A DNA stretch of 64,000 nt from positions 63,066 to 127,065 of the IMG/VR virus record IMGVR_UViG_651703017_000001, one strand, 5' to 3'. Below the pieces are notes generated by a model. It ran no database searches. It was given only the letters and a program-made list of their open reading frames with translations, and was not told where the DNA came from. Origin of the DNA: a virus (taxonomy: Duplodnaviria; Caudoviricetes). The position numbers were made by a program, and so were the translations under genes. Positions 1-9,873 of the stretch are shown here, in pieces (within the stretch, counting starts at the first letter, position 1; each line of letters opens with the position of its first letter).

Positions 1-468
1 AAAGAGCACACTTATGTTGCTCTTGGAAAAGGTAAAACGGCTTGGAACGACGATAAAAACCCGCCAGCAGAAGTATCTAGTACGACTGACCTTAGCGAGA
101 TTATAGGAATGAAGAAATGCTCCACAGTATCTTTATGCAGACGCTTAGGCGTTGCCGAAGAAACCGCACGAGAAGTTATTACGTATAAAGGTGAGAAATG
201 GGTAGTTGTGCCTGAGAATTTGGCGTATGATGAGAATGCTCACTTTTTGTACTTACGAGCAACAATTGAAGGAACCGAGATTCCTTTAGGATTTTACCGA
301 CAAGTAGGTATCTACACAGGTACATCGCTTAAATCTGGCGTAACATCCACAGGTGTCGCACCGGGAGACATTAAAGCTAAAGGTACCCTACAGTTCTATG
401 AGAATAGACAACCGCAAAATAGAACAGCAAGCGTAACAACAATTGAAAGTTTCATGATAGAGTTATAA
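1..468 (+). CDS. Baseplate protein (5' partial; reading frame open from base 1)
   Basis: Frame 1 open from position 1 (KEHTYVALGKGKTAWNDDKNPP) into the 109..468 ORF; directly upstream of the large virion protein, as in Twort/SPO1-like tail modules. Confidence 0.7.
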   Translation, partial: KEHTYVALGKGKTAWNDDKNPPAEVSSTTDLSEIIGMKKCSTVSLCRRLGVAEETAREVITYKGEKWVVVPENLAYDENAHFLYLRATIEGTEIPLGFYRQVGIYTGTSLKSGVTSTGVAPGDIKAKGTLQFYENRQPQNRTASVTTIESFMIEL

Positions 469-487
469 GAGAGGAGCAAACCAACAA

Positions 488-3400
488 ATGGCAGTTAATC
501 AATCAACACGACCGTATTACGATAGGTTCAATGCAGATAAAAACTACACAAAGATTCTGTTTAACCCAGATAGACCTTTGCAAAACTCGGAATTAAACGA
601 GTTACAATCAACTATTGATTACTACATGCAAACAATGGGCGACGCTATCCTCAAAGATGGCGACATCATTTCAGGACTTGATTTTGACATCACAACACAC
701 TCAGACAAAACACGCACTATTAATGTTCAATCAGGGTTGCTTTATGTTTCCGGAAAGGTGCGACAATATAACGGGGGTAAGGTCACAATTAAAGCTAAAG
801 GCGAGGAGACATTGAACGTTTCTATTGCCCAAACAGCCGTTACTGCTGAGTCTGACCCTACACTACTAGACCCTTCTATTGGCTCTCCTTCGGAGAAAGC
901 AAAAGGCGCCGATAGGTTAAAAGACGAGGTACGGTTACTAGCTAATGACGCAAGCAACCCAGCAGTGTATGAGTTTCTTAACGGGCAGTTACTTGTAACT
1001 CCGAATACAGATAGTACTCTGATGAATATTTTAGCAGAGCGTACATTTGATGAATCAGGTTCGTACACCGTAAAAGGGTATGAGTTGCAAATAGATACGT
1101 CAGGCACTATGGACACAGACGATACATTGTCACTTGTAATTAAAGCAGGTAGAGCATACATTAGGGGTTATAAGGTAGATAAACCTCATGATGAGCGAGT
1201 AAGTATTCGCAAATCTAAGGATGTCCGCACAGCTAATAGTGAGCCGAAAACGTACACAGATGCGTCACGTAGGTTACTGCTCTCTAACAGCCCAGTATCG
1301 AACGTAACTCAAGTAATGGGTTCTGTGAGCTACACAGAGGCGGTTGCACGTACAGCGACAACACTAGACCAGTTAGGTAAACAAAACGTCATAGCCATAA
1401 CATCTATTGTTTCTAGCAAGGGTACGGCTATCCAAGGGGTTGACTTTAACCTAACCAACAACCAATACATCCAATGGGTTACCGGTTCTAACAAGATTCC
1501 TGTCACAGGGACAACATACACAGTAGTGTATACTTATACATTGGTATTTACTAAAGGTGTTGACTATAGTGTTAAAGTTGATAAGACTGCTAAAGACAGT
1601 TATGGATTCCCTATCAGCTACGTTGACTTTAACGGACACTCAGGAAGTAAACCGATTAACAACTCTACAGTGTACATCACTTACGATTTTTACTTAGCTC
1701 GTAAGGATTTAGTAGTGTTGGACCCTAATGGACGTTTCACAGTTATTGAAGGTCAACCGGATGCAATCAACGTCGTTGATGCACCGACACAAAGCGATAA
1801 CTACACACTAAGAATCGGTACGGTAACAGCTTACCCAGATAGCAAACTAGCATCTGTTAACTCATATACAGTCAAAAACATGCCTTTCGAGGAGTTGCAA
1901 AAGTTAAAAGCAAGGGTAATGACAGCAGAAGCAAACATCACAGCGATGTCTGCGGATATATCATCTACACTTGGTTATGACGCTACATCTTTACGAGGCG
2001 TGTTCTCGGATAACTTTACCACAATTGACAGGGTTGATTATGGGTTCAAAGGGATGAAAGAGAATGGGAAACCTATCATCTACGTAGCTAACAGCTTCGA
2101 GGATGGCGAGTTAACAACTGCATATGCAGAGCAAAATTCGCAAACGGCTTCAATCATCAACTCAACAACATCAAAAGGGTTCCAAGGTATGAACACTTGG
2201 GGAAGGGTAGTAACTGCCCCATACAAACGTATCCCAATAATCTCTCAATTACTTGCAACAGAGACGAAGAACGTCAACCCTTACATGGTATTCGCTACTC
2301 AGGTAGGGGCGTTGAAACTTAAACCGTCAGCCGACAACTGGATTGATACAGAGACAATCACAGTTAACAATACTAAGATTGAGACTAAAAAGGTCAATCG
2401 TTGGTGGGCACATGGTGGAGATACATGGAACTCAGATTCTCAGTTTATCAAGGAGAACGAGAACGCTATCAACTGGGAGGGTGGCGCAAAAGAGATTAAC
2501 AAGCACAACTCATGGACACACGATAGGAGCAACCCTTTAACAGGTACTCTTGTTACCAACGGTGGTAAGAACACCATCGAAACTGCGATTGAGTATATGC
2601 GAGTACGAGAGATTACAATCGCATCGTCAGGTTTACGCCCATACGCAGAAAATGTCTATCTCGTGTTTAACGGTATCCGATGCGCAATTACACCGACAGG
2701 CTCAACTACCGCAGGTTCTAAACCGGGAACGGTTAAGGCGACAGGTGCGGGTAAGGTTACAGGTAAGTTTACTATCCCTAGTGGACAAACTTGTGGTACA
2801 GTAGAGGTAACCTTATCTAACGAAGAAACCGCACCTAACTCAAATGAGGTATCTATCGCTTCTGCATCATACTCAGCACACGGTACGAAGAAAACAACAG
2901 AGAAGATAATCAATACGACTCATATCACTGTCAATCTTTATGACCCGTTAGCTCAGTCTTTCCAAGTCCCAGAAGACCGTATCTTATCCGGTGTAGGCGT
3001 CTACTTCTCATCTAAAGATGCAGGAAACGTTCCTGTAGTTATCCAGATTCGTGGTATGAGCGACGGCGGACAGCCCAACTCAACGGTGTATGCGGAACGA
3101 GTACTTTACCCAGCGGACATCACAACATCTAAGGATGGTAACGTAGAGACACCAGTTTACTTTGATGACCCACTTATGGTATCAGCAGGTCAGTCTTACT
3201 CACTAGTAGTATTGACAAACAGTGCCAAATACAATATGTACATTGCGACAATGGGTTCTACAATTATCGGAAAAGGGAACACTAAGTTACAAACTCAAGC
3301 GTATACTAAGGGTGTACTTTTCAGCTCTTCAAACGCCCAAACTTGGACAGCTCACCAAACAAGTGATATGAAATTCCAAGTTTATGGTACAGAGTTTAAG

Positions 3401-4063
3401 CAAGGTAACGCTACTATCCTATTCGATACTATCAAAGACATCCAAGTAGATAAGCTCTTGTTGACAGCAAGTTACTTGACACCTAAAAACACTGGGTGTA
3501 AGTGGGAGCTACGCTTCTTACTAAACAGTGACAGTGGGGACATGAGCATAGAAAGTAAACCATGGTTACCAGTAGGTAACTACTCAGATGTGGACCCTAA
3601 TGAGGTTGTACGTATTGCACAGCTAAGAGCTACATTCAAAGCTAACCAGTACATGTCACCTGTATTCGCATTAGATGACTTTTCACTTATGAGCTTTGTG
3701 ACTGAGGTACGAGGTTCTTACTTTGGTAAGACAGTTAGTATGGGAGACGCACCATTTAACACTATCTACATATCCTACAAACAGTACCTACCTAGCCCAC
3801 AATGTAAAGTACTTCCGAAGTTCTACACTGGAGAAAAAGCAGACAACGGATTAGGAATGCTATTCCAGAAACCAGAGGACTTTAGCTCGGTACCTGTAAT
3901 AAGCCAACCAGATGTTAACGGTTTTGTCAACGTTTCCTACACGGTGAGCTTAGGTTCACTCAAAACGAAGAAACTATTTAAGGTTAGGATGGACTTAGAG
4001 TCACCGTCAGGAGTCCTACGCCCACGTGTTTCTAATTTGCGAGTAACATTAACAGACGAGTAA
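488..4063 (+). CDS. Large baseplate/adsorption virion protein (DUF4815-like)
   Basis: 1191 aa; N-terminal PYYDRF..KNY.KILFNPDRPLQ.SELNELQ and LAERTFDESGSY motifs, YDPLAQSF; RBS GAGGAG. Confidence 0.8.
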   Translation: MAVNQSTRPYYDRFNADKNYTKILFNPDRPLQNSELNELQSTIDYYMQTMGDAILKDGDIISGLDFDITTHSDKTRTINVQSGLLYVSGKVRQYNGGKVTIKAKGEETLNVSIAQTAVTAESDPTLLDPSIGSPSEKAKGADRLKDEVRLLANDASNPAVYEFLNGQLLVTPNTDSTLMNILAERTFDESGSYTVKGYELQIDTSGTMDTDDTLSLVIKAGRAYIRGYKVDKPHDERVSIRKSKDVRTANSEPKTYTDASRRLLLSNSPVSNVTQVMGSVSYTEAVARTATTLDQLGKQNVIAITSIVSSKGTAIQGVDFNLTNNQYIQWVTGSNKIPVTGTTYTVVYTYTLVFTKGVDYSVKVDKTAKDSYGFPISYVDFNGHSGSKPINNSTVYITYDFYLARKDLVVLDPNGRFTVIEGQPDAINVVDAPTQSDNYTLRIGTVTAYPDSKLASVNSYTVKNMPFEELQKLKARVMTAEANITAMSADISSTLGYDATSLRGVFSDNFTTIDRVDYGFKGMKENGKPIIYVANSFEDGELTTAYAEQNSQTASIINSTTSKGFQGMNTWGRVVTAPYKRIPIISQLLATETKNVNPYMVFATQVGALKLKPSADNWIDTETITVNNTKIETKKVNRWWAHGGDTWNSDSQFIKENENAINWEGGAKEINKHNSWTHDRSNPLTGTLVTNGGKNTIETAIEYMRVREITIASSGLRPYAENVYLVFNGIRCAITPTGSTTAGSKPGTVKATGAGKVTGKFTIPSGQTCGTVEVTLSNEETAPNSNEVSIASASYSAHGTKKTTEKIINTTHITVNLYDPLAQSFQVPEDRILSGVGVYFSSKDAGNVPVVIQIRGMSDGGQPNSTVYAERVLYPADITTSKDGNVETPVYFDDPLMVSAGQSYSLVVLTNSAKYNMYIATMGSTIIGKGNTKLQTQAYTKGVLFSSSNAQTWTAHQTSDMKFQVYGTEFKQGNATILFDTIKDIQVDKLLLTASYLTPKNTGCKWELRFLLNSDSGDMSIESKPWLPVGNYSDVDPNEVVRIAQLRATFKANQYMSPVFALDDFSLMSFVTEVRGSYFGKTVSMGDAPFNTIYISYKQYLPSPQCKVLPKFYTGEKADNGLGMLFQKPEDFSSVPVISQPDVNGFVNVSYTVSLGSLKTKKLFKVRMDLESPSGVLRPRVSNLRVTLTDE

Positions 4064-4069
4064 CCCGAA

Positions 4070-4100
4070 GAAGGGCATAGACTAAGCTCTATGCCCTTTT
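4070..4100 (+). terminator. Intrinsic terminator
   Basis: AAGGGCATAG..CTATGCCCTT stem followed by a T run. Confidence 0.8.
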
Positions 4101-4133
4101 ATTATTAAATTTACTAGAAGGAGAGCGGACGAT

Positions 4134-4325
4134 ATGCCAATAGGTAAAGTAGACCCAGAATCAGGAGCAACAATTTATTACCCAACACCACAGGATAGAA
4201 CAAACAAAAGTCTCAGACGAGAGATTAGGGAGATATCCCAAAAAGTGGACAGCATCATCCTAGAAGTAAGGCAACTAAGAGCCCTTGTAGTAGGCAACAC
4301 AGAGAACGAGAGGAGCACTAAATAA
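4134..4325 (+). CDS. Small conserved tail-module protein
   Basis: 63 aa, RBS AAGGAG; stop overlaps next ATG (TAATG). Confidence 0.7.
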   Translation: MPIGKVDPESGATIYYPTPQDRTNKSLRREIREISQKVDSIILEVRQLRALVVGNTENERSTK

Positions 4326-5776
4326 TGCCATATAACAAAAAAGAGATACTACCGACGCAACAAGTAAAAGATATAACAGCGTTGTTTAACGAGATTAGCG
4401 CTTTCATGTCAAACCATGTGCAACAAACAAAGTTAACAACGGATACAGGGTTAGCTAACGCAACAACCAACATAAACACAACAACTAAGACAGGTATTTA
4501 TAGTGGGACATCGCAGACAATAGGTATTCCTGTAGCTAAGAACGGCGTCCAACCAACACTATACTTCGTACAAGAAACAAAAACAGAAGGTACATCCGTA
4601 CAGTTAGGTTTTGCAGTGGGTTCTAAACGCACTGACACGCCCTTGTGGTTCCGTTCGGTGTCTAAAGGTGTTGCAGATGCATGGACTACCTACGCAACGT
4701 CTAAGGAGCTAGTAGACGAGATTAAGAAAGTGGAAGCCAACACAACAGCGTTATCTGAGATGATTGCGAATGTTTACCTGCCTAAAAAGGAAACTAACAA
4801 TTGGCAAAAGGTGGCTACGACTACTGCTAATGGGGGTACTATCATATATGGTGATGTTAGTAGTAAACACGTGTCCGCACTTCCATTTGGAACCCGTGTT
4901 ATCACGGGCATGAAGACATCCAACGGCTACCCTGCAAACTGGTCAGAGGCGGTTACTGCAACGGTAACGCAAGTAACTACTACAGGCGTTAGGCAGGTGT
5001 GTATCGAGCTACAAGATAATACACGTTACTACGCAACAATTAACGCACAAAACTCAGTAGGTGCTTGGAGAAAGTCAGCTACTAATATAGATATCGCACA
5101 TAATCAACAAGAGCTCCTCCAAGCAGTAAACAACATAGATAGGAACTACCAACAGCCTAAGATAACAACGAACGTAGGTAACCCTATCTTGGAGATTAAC
5201 GCCAAGGAAGATGTAGTAGCGAAGCTTAAGGAGTTAGCCAAAGGTTTCAGTTACGTCGTCATCCAAAGAGGCGCAGTGAACGGACCTCCATTTTACTTCC
5301 GAGGTACTGCAATGGTAGGGACAGCGGGAGCAAACCTAGCCGTATCGGGAGTGGGCACAGACGGTATAGGTTACTCGATGATACTAGAAAAAGGGGTTAC
5401 TTCTGGATGGAAAAACTCATCTGACATAGAGTTATACTCAGGTGTAGCTGACGTTATGAATAGGAAGTACACCATGACACAGGACATTACACAGTTCTCT
5501 TCTCTCACTATCTATTACAGATGGGAAGGCTCATCAGGTAAGTCACAGTTAAATCAAGTCAGAGGTAACAACTTCGATGTGGTTATTAACGAGACTAACA
5601 TACCAGATGACCCTAAAAGTAAAACAGGTGCCGTTCATCAGGAGTGGGCAGTCAACTTTACAAATAACGTTTTCACTATCAACAGGTCTATACAGGCAAT
5701 CCTAATGATGAATGGCTCCGTACGCAAACAGGTAAATGCACCTATAACGATTGTAAAAATCGTAGCAAACTATTAG
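4325..5776 (+). CDS. Putative receptor-binding/tail fibre protein
   Basis: 483 aa, Thr/Gly-rich, repeated N(W/Y)Q..(K)..TT.(N/V)G segments; last large gene of the tail module. Confidence 0.65.
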   Translation: MPYNKKEILPTQQVKDITALFNEISAFMSNHVQQTKLTTDTGLANATTNINTTTKTGIYSGTSQTIGIPVAKNGVQPTLYFVQETKTEGTSVQLGFAVGSKRTDTPLWFRSVSKGVADAWTTYATSKELVDEIKKVEANTTALSEMIANVYLPKKETNNWQKVATTTANGGTIIYGDVSSKHVSALPFGTRVITGMKTSNGYPANWSEAVTATVTQVTTTGVRQVCIELQDNTRYYATINAQNSVGAWRKSATNIDIAHNQQELLQAVNNIDRNYQQPKITTNVGNPILEINAKEDVVAKLKELAKGFSYVVIQRGAVNGPPFYFRGTAMVGTAGANLAVSGVGTDGIGYSMILEKGVTSGWKNSSDIELYSGVADVMNRKYTMTQDITQFSSLTIYYRWEGSSGKSQLNQVRGNNFDVVINETNIPDDPKSKTGAVHQEWAVNFTNNVFTINRSIQAILMMNGSVRKQVNAPITIVKIVANY

Positions 5777-5791
5777 AGAGGACCTGATACA

Positions 5792-6175
5792 ATGGCAACG
5801 TTTAGAGTAGCTTCTGGCGGTAAGGAAAGAGTGTCCATAAAGAGAGGGGACACTCATTCTAGCATCGTTTTTGACTTGGTAAGTGTAGGAGAGGACACTC
5901 CTATGATAGGGGCGGACGACACTATATATGCACTTATAGGTAAAAACCCCAAAGAGAAAAACATAATAGATATACCCTGCACTGCTAGGATAGGTAACAA
6001 AGTGGAGCTAATATTCACAAAAAAAGCACACGAAGTTCTGAAAGCAGGTACGTACAGCCTAGAAATAGCTGTACACTACCACGATGATAGAGGTATTGGT
6101 ATCTACCCATCATACGGTTACATTGAGTTAGAGATACTAGACAGCATGCTTAGCAATGACAGCCCTCTTAAGTAG
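5792..6175 (+). CDS. BppU N-terminal-like (upper baseplate/fibre accessory) protein
   Basis: 127 aa; IKRGDT, GTY.LEI.V and IYPS.GY motifs. Confidence 0.55.
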   Translation: MATFRVASGGKERVSIKRGDTHSSIVFDLVSVGEDTPMIGADDTIYALIGKNPKEKNIIDIPCTARIGNKVELIFTKKAHEVLKAGTYSLEIAVHYHDDRGIGIYPSYGYIELEILDSMLSNDSPLK

Positions 6176-6189
6176 GGGCTGTTTTTTTT
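6159..6189 (+). terminator. Intrinsic terminator closing the structural module
   Basis: ACAGCCCT..GGGGCTGT stem (one G-U) followed by a T run. Confidence 0.75.
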
Positions 6190-6191
6190 AC

Positions 6192-6220
6192 TTGCAATAA
6201 CTTAAAATATATGTTATAGT
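6192..6220 (+). promoter_or_regulatory. SigmaA-type promoter
   Basis: TTGCAA-17-TATAGT with extended TG. Confidence 0.75.
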
Positions 6221-6244
6221 GTAATTAATAAGGAGAGTGATAAT

Positions 6245-7993
6245 GTGAAAGTGGTTAGAGAGGTGGCGGTGTCACGAATTGAGTACACCGAAGAAACCCC
6301 TAAACAGAAAAAGGCATTACAAGAAAACATACACAGAAAACTTGGAGTACGGGAAAAAGGGTACCAATACGCCCCGTTGTATAAACGAGGGATATGGGAT
6401 GGTGTTACACCTATGTATAACCCCCACCTCAACACATTCGGAACAGGGCTAATACCCCAAGTTATACAAGTAATAAGGGAGTACCAAGAGATAGACCCAT
6501 CTTTGCAAATGGAATACGTTGATAACTACCCGGAACCTTTCCTAGATGAGGAGGACCTTCCAAAAGAGTTTGTCCTTAAGGATGAAAAGTTAGGTAGCAT
6601 TACTCTTCGAGATTACCAAGACAGAGGTGTTAGGTCAGCTCTTATGGCACAGTACGGCATCTTACAATACGCAACTAATGCAGGTAAGAGTGAGATTGGG
6701 GCTAGTATCATCGAGCAACTGTTACCACAGTTAAAGAAGAAGGAACGTATCGTGTTTTTTGTTCCTGCTAAGGAGATTTTTTATGGTTTGATTGATAGGC
6801 TTGAAATGCGGTTAGGTTGTAAGATTGGTTATATGGGGGACGGAAAGAAAGATATACGCCAGATTAACGTCGTATTGATGCCTAGTCTTTCGAGTGCACT
6901 TAAAGACCCTTCTAATAAGTTGAAGCTTTCAGTAGGAGAGAGAGCACTCCAGATAATGGTACAAGATATAATCCCGCTGTTTGATAAGAAAGTTAACCTA
7001 GCATCGTTAGTGAGAGGGTACCTACAGAACTTCGAGATAAAACAGAAAGCGCATGTGGATGTAGCAGAGATGCTGACGCATGTGTCTACGTTATCGGATG
7101 CTAAGGTTCGTCTAGAGTTTAACAAGATTAACGTGGCATATCAGAACGTGATTAAGAAGAAGAACGGTGCCAAGCATAAGAAGTGGCAAGATGCGAAAGA
7201 CCTTGTAGACAGCGCTGTAGTTCTTATTTGTGATGAGGCACATCGTAGTAAAGCAGACACATGGTATAACACCATTCAAATGTTCACAAATGCACAGTAT
7301 CGTATCGGTTTAACAGGCTCTATTGACACTAAGGACTTGTTGTTGATGCAAAGGTTAACAGCTATGTTTGGTACTGTTATAGAACGTGTGCGTAACGAAG
7401 AGCTTATAGGAAGAGACTTTAGTGCTAAGCCCTTTATAAAGTTGTTTAATGTTAAGGAACCTAAAGACTACTTGAACGCTCGTAACTATCAAACGGTGTA
7501 CGACAAGTGTATTGTTACTAATGATTTCCGCAATGACCTTATCTCTATGATAGCAATGTCCAGCTATAAGGTAGGAAAAACGACACTAATAACAACAAAT
7601 AGACTAGAGCAAGGCGAGTACATCCTTAATAAGATAAATGAGTTAGCAGGCACTACCATAGCGGAGTTTATTAACGGTGAACTCGCCACGGAGGATAGGC
7701 AACGGCAACTTGCAGACGTGAAGTCTGGAAAACTTAAGGTTCTTGTGGCAACAACTGTCCTAGACGAAGGTGTGGATATTAGCGGAATACATACCTTGAT
7801 ACTGGGTGGTGGAGGGAAGTCGCTACGACAAGTACTCCAAAGAGTAGGGCGAGTGTTACGTAAAAAAGAAGGAGACAACACGACTGTTGTATTTGACTTT
7901 GTAGATAAAACAAATAATTATATGTTATCTCACTCAAAAGAACGTATCAAAGTGTACGAGGAAGAAGGGTTTGACATCACGTACCTTGCATAG
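6245..7993 (+). CDS. Superfamily 2 (DEAH) DNA helicase
   Basis: LRDYQ, ATNAGKS, CDEAH, GLTGS, DEGVD, QRVGRVLR motifs. Confidence 0.92.
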   Translation: MKVVREVAVSRIEYTEETPKQKKALQENIHRKLGVREKGYQYAPLYKRGIWDGVTPMYNPHLNTFGTGLIPQVIQVIREYQEIDPSLQMEYVDNYPEPFLDEEDLPKEFVLKDEKLGSITLRDYQDRGVRSALMAQYGILQYATNAGKSEIGASIIEQLLPQLKKKERIVFFVPAKEIFYGLIDRLEMRLGCKIGYMGDGKKDIRQINVVLMPSLSSALKDPSNKLKLSVGERALQIMVQDIIPLFDKKVNLASLVRGYLQNFEIKQKAHVDVAEMLTHVSTLSDAKVRLEFNKINVAYQNVIKKKNGAKHKKWQDAKDLVDSAVVLICDEAHRSKADTWYNTIQMFTNAQYRIGLTGSIDTKDLLLMQRLTAMFGTVIERVRNEELIGRDFSAKPFIKLFNVKEPKDYLNARNYQTVYDKCIVTNDFRNDLISMIAMSSYKVGKTTLITTNRLEQGEYILNKINELAGTTIAEFINGELATEDRQRQLADVKSGKLKVLVATTVLDEGVDISGIHTLILGGGGKSLRQVLQRVGRVLRKKEGDNTTVVFDFVDKTNNYMLSHSKERIKVYEEEGFDITYLA

Positions 7994-8029
7994 CGCAACC
8001 ACTGAAAACATAGACTTTGCAATTTACAC

Positions 8030-8058
8030 TTGCACGGCTATGTTTTTTGTGTTATACT
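8030..8058 (+). promoter_or_regulatory. SigmaA-type promoter
   Basis: TTGCAC-17-TATACT with TG. Confidence 0.7.
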
Positions 8059-8111
8059 AGAGAAGAAGAAACAACACATACACTAAAAAAAAGAAAGATG
8101 AGGGGTTATTT

Positions 8112-9824
8112 ATGGAATGGACAGCACAAAGTAAGTTAACAAACGCATCAGAAAACATGTTAGACGCACTAGCAGAGTTTGTAGAGATTTTTGAGGGGTT
8201 TGCTATTGTAAGAAGCACACGTTCAACACTAGCAAACATGGTAGGTAAAACTAATAAAACGATTACACGCACTTTACAGCGAATGGAGAAAGAGGGTTTA
8301 TTAGTAATGGAGTCCCGTGCTGGTCGCTGTGGAGGTATCGTTGTTAAGTTTGAGCCGGGGGTATTGCAGTTTGAGAAAGTGCCTAATATTTGGGTATCTC
8401 CTACAGAGGAAGATAAGAAAATATTAGAACAAGCATTGCCAATCCAAAACAACGGCAAGAGAAAACCTAAAGGAAAGCGAAGAACAAAAGCAGAGATGAT
8501 GCAGGCAAGGGCAGACATACTAGCAGGCGATACAAAGAACGCACAACTTAACAAGTCAATGGAACTTTTTGGTATCCAAAAATTAACATGGGATATGCTA
8601 AAAGAGACGGATAACCCTGACGAATCATTGGACGCATTGTTGTTAGCGTTAATGTACGACCAATTCCGCTTAGCGTACTATGAATACTACCGTATTAAAA
8701 AGATTGTCCACTTTGGAAGAAGAGTCCCTCCACCAGTACTACCAAAGAAGTTCTTCGGGTCACGTCAATGGGCATTGTGCCTTAAGCTATCTCGCTTATT
8801 AGCAGATGAGAACCTAGACGCAGATAACTACCTTGGTTTTGTATTTGACCGTTTTCGTTATCGTCATGAAGAGGGAGGAAGTAAGCAAGGCTTCCCTTCA
8901 TTGGAGCATATCGTATCAGATATTTACGTTAAGGCGTACAGAGAATCTAAGAAAAACCTCGGCGCTGTTGTTGAGGGGTTGACAATGTTACCCTCCAACC
9001 GAATGGGGAACCCAAACATCACGGCGATTGCAAAACTACGCAGGACAAATGAGCTTTTAGAGTCTAAAGGTCTTGTTAAGGAAGCACACCCTATCCACTT
9101 ACTTGATAAAACTTTCGGTAATGACCGTAACGTTACGAAGCAAAAGAAGCAAGTACAAGCGTATCACGATGAATTACGAGCAGAGGTTGACCCACAACTA
9201 ACAGAGAGAGAGAAAGAGGTGTTATATAGTTTCTTGGAAGACAACTATACATTCTTATCTGGTCGTAGCACGTGGGCGACACATATCAACCCTAGCATCG
9301 CTGTCTCTATGCCAAGCGTAGCGAGAAGTGTGGATAAAGAACTAACAAAACGTTTAGGTAATCAAGGAGAGATAACAATTGAGCGGTACCGCCAATCACG
9401 AGGTTACGCCTCTGCAAAAGAAGTTGGTATGGATGTTAAATTAGGAATTAATGCAACAGAAGACGATGAAACAGAGTTCCTCGTGACTAATGGTATGCTT
9501 ATCGGTACGTTTGTTACACCTGAGACGGTGTTTCATTTAATGGTAGCCGGACGTATATGCTTGGAGAGAGCAGGAAAACACTACTCACTTGAGGAGACGA
9601 AAGAAGTATTGCAAAAAGTACAAGATGCAGTACCATTAAACAAGTATGGTTACCTAGACTTACCTAAGATTTACGATAAATACCCAGATGTTAAGTGCGG
9701 TGACATAAACGTACTAAACAACCTTGAGATAAGAGACGTAGAATCTCCATATGTTAAAGAGAAAGGTCCTACTATCTCAGCAGAGGAAGCTATACGCCTT
9801 GTCAATTTAGCTCTTGACATCTAA
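8112..9824 (+). CDS. Putative Rep/DNA-binding protein with N-terminal winged HTH
   Basis: TRSTLANMVGKTNKTITRTLQRMEKEG..GRCGG wHTH pattern; conserved position between the two helicases in Twort-like phages. Confidence 0.65.
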   Translation: MEWTAQSKLTNASENMLDALAEFVEIFEGFAIVRSTRSTLANMVGKTNKTITRTLQRMEKEGLLVMESRAGRCGGIVVKFEPGVLQFEKVPNIWVSPTEEDKKILEQALPIQNNGKRKPKGKRRTKAEMMQARADILAGDTKNAQLNKSMELFGIQKLTWDMLKETDNPDESLDALLLALMYDQFRLAYYEYYRIKKIVHFGRRVPPPVLPKKFFGSRQWALCLKLSRLLADENLDADNYLGFVFDRFRYRHEEGGSKQGFPSLEHIVSDIYVKAYRESKKNLGAVVEGLTMLPSNRMGNPNITAIAKLRRTNELLESKGLVKEAHPIHLLDKTFGNDRNVTKQKKQVQAYHDELRAEVDPQLTEREKEVLYSFLEDNYTFLSGRSTWATHINPSIAVSMPSVARSVDKELTKRLGNQGEITIERYRQSRGYASAKEVGMDVKLGINATEDDETEFLVTNGMLIGTFVTPETVFHLMVAGRICLERAGKHYSLEETKEVLQKVQDAVPLNKYGYLDLPKIYDKYPDVKCGDINVLNNLEIRDVESPYVKEKGPTISAEEAIRLVNLALDI

Positions 9825-9873
9825 GAGGTAGTTACGGTATACTGATTAAGAATATAACATAAAAGGGGATTGA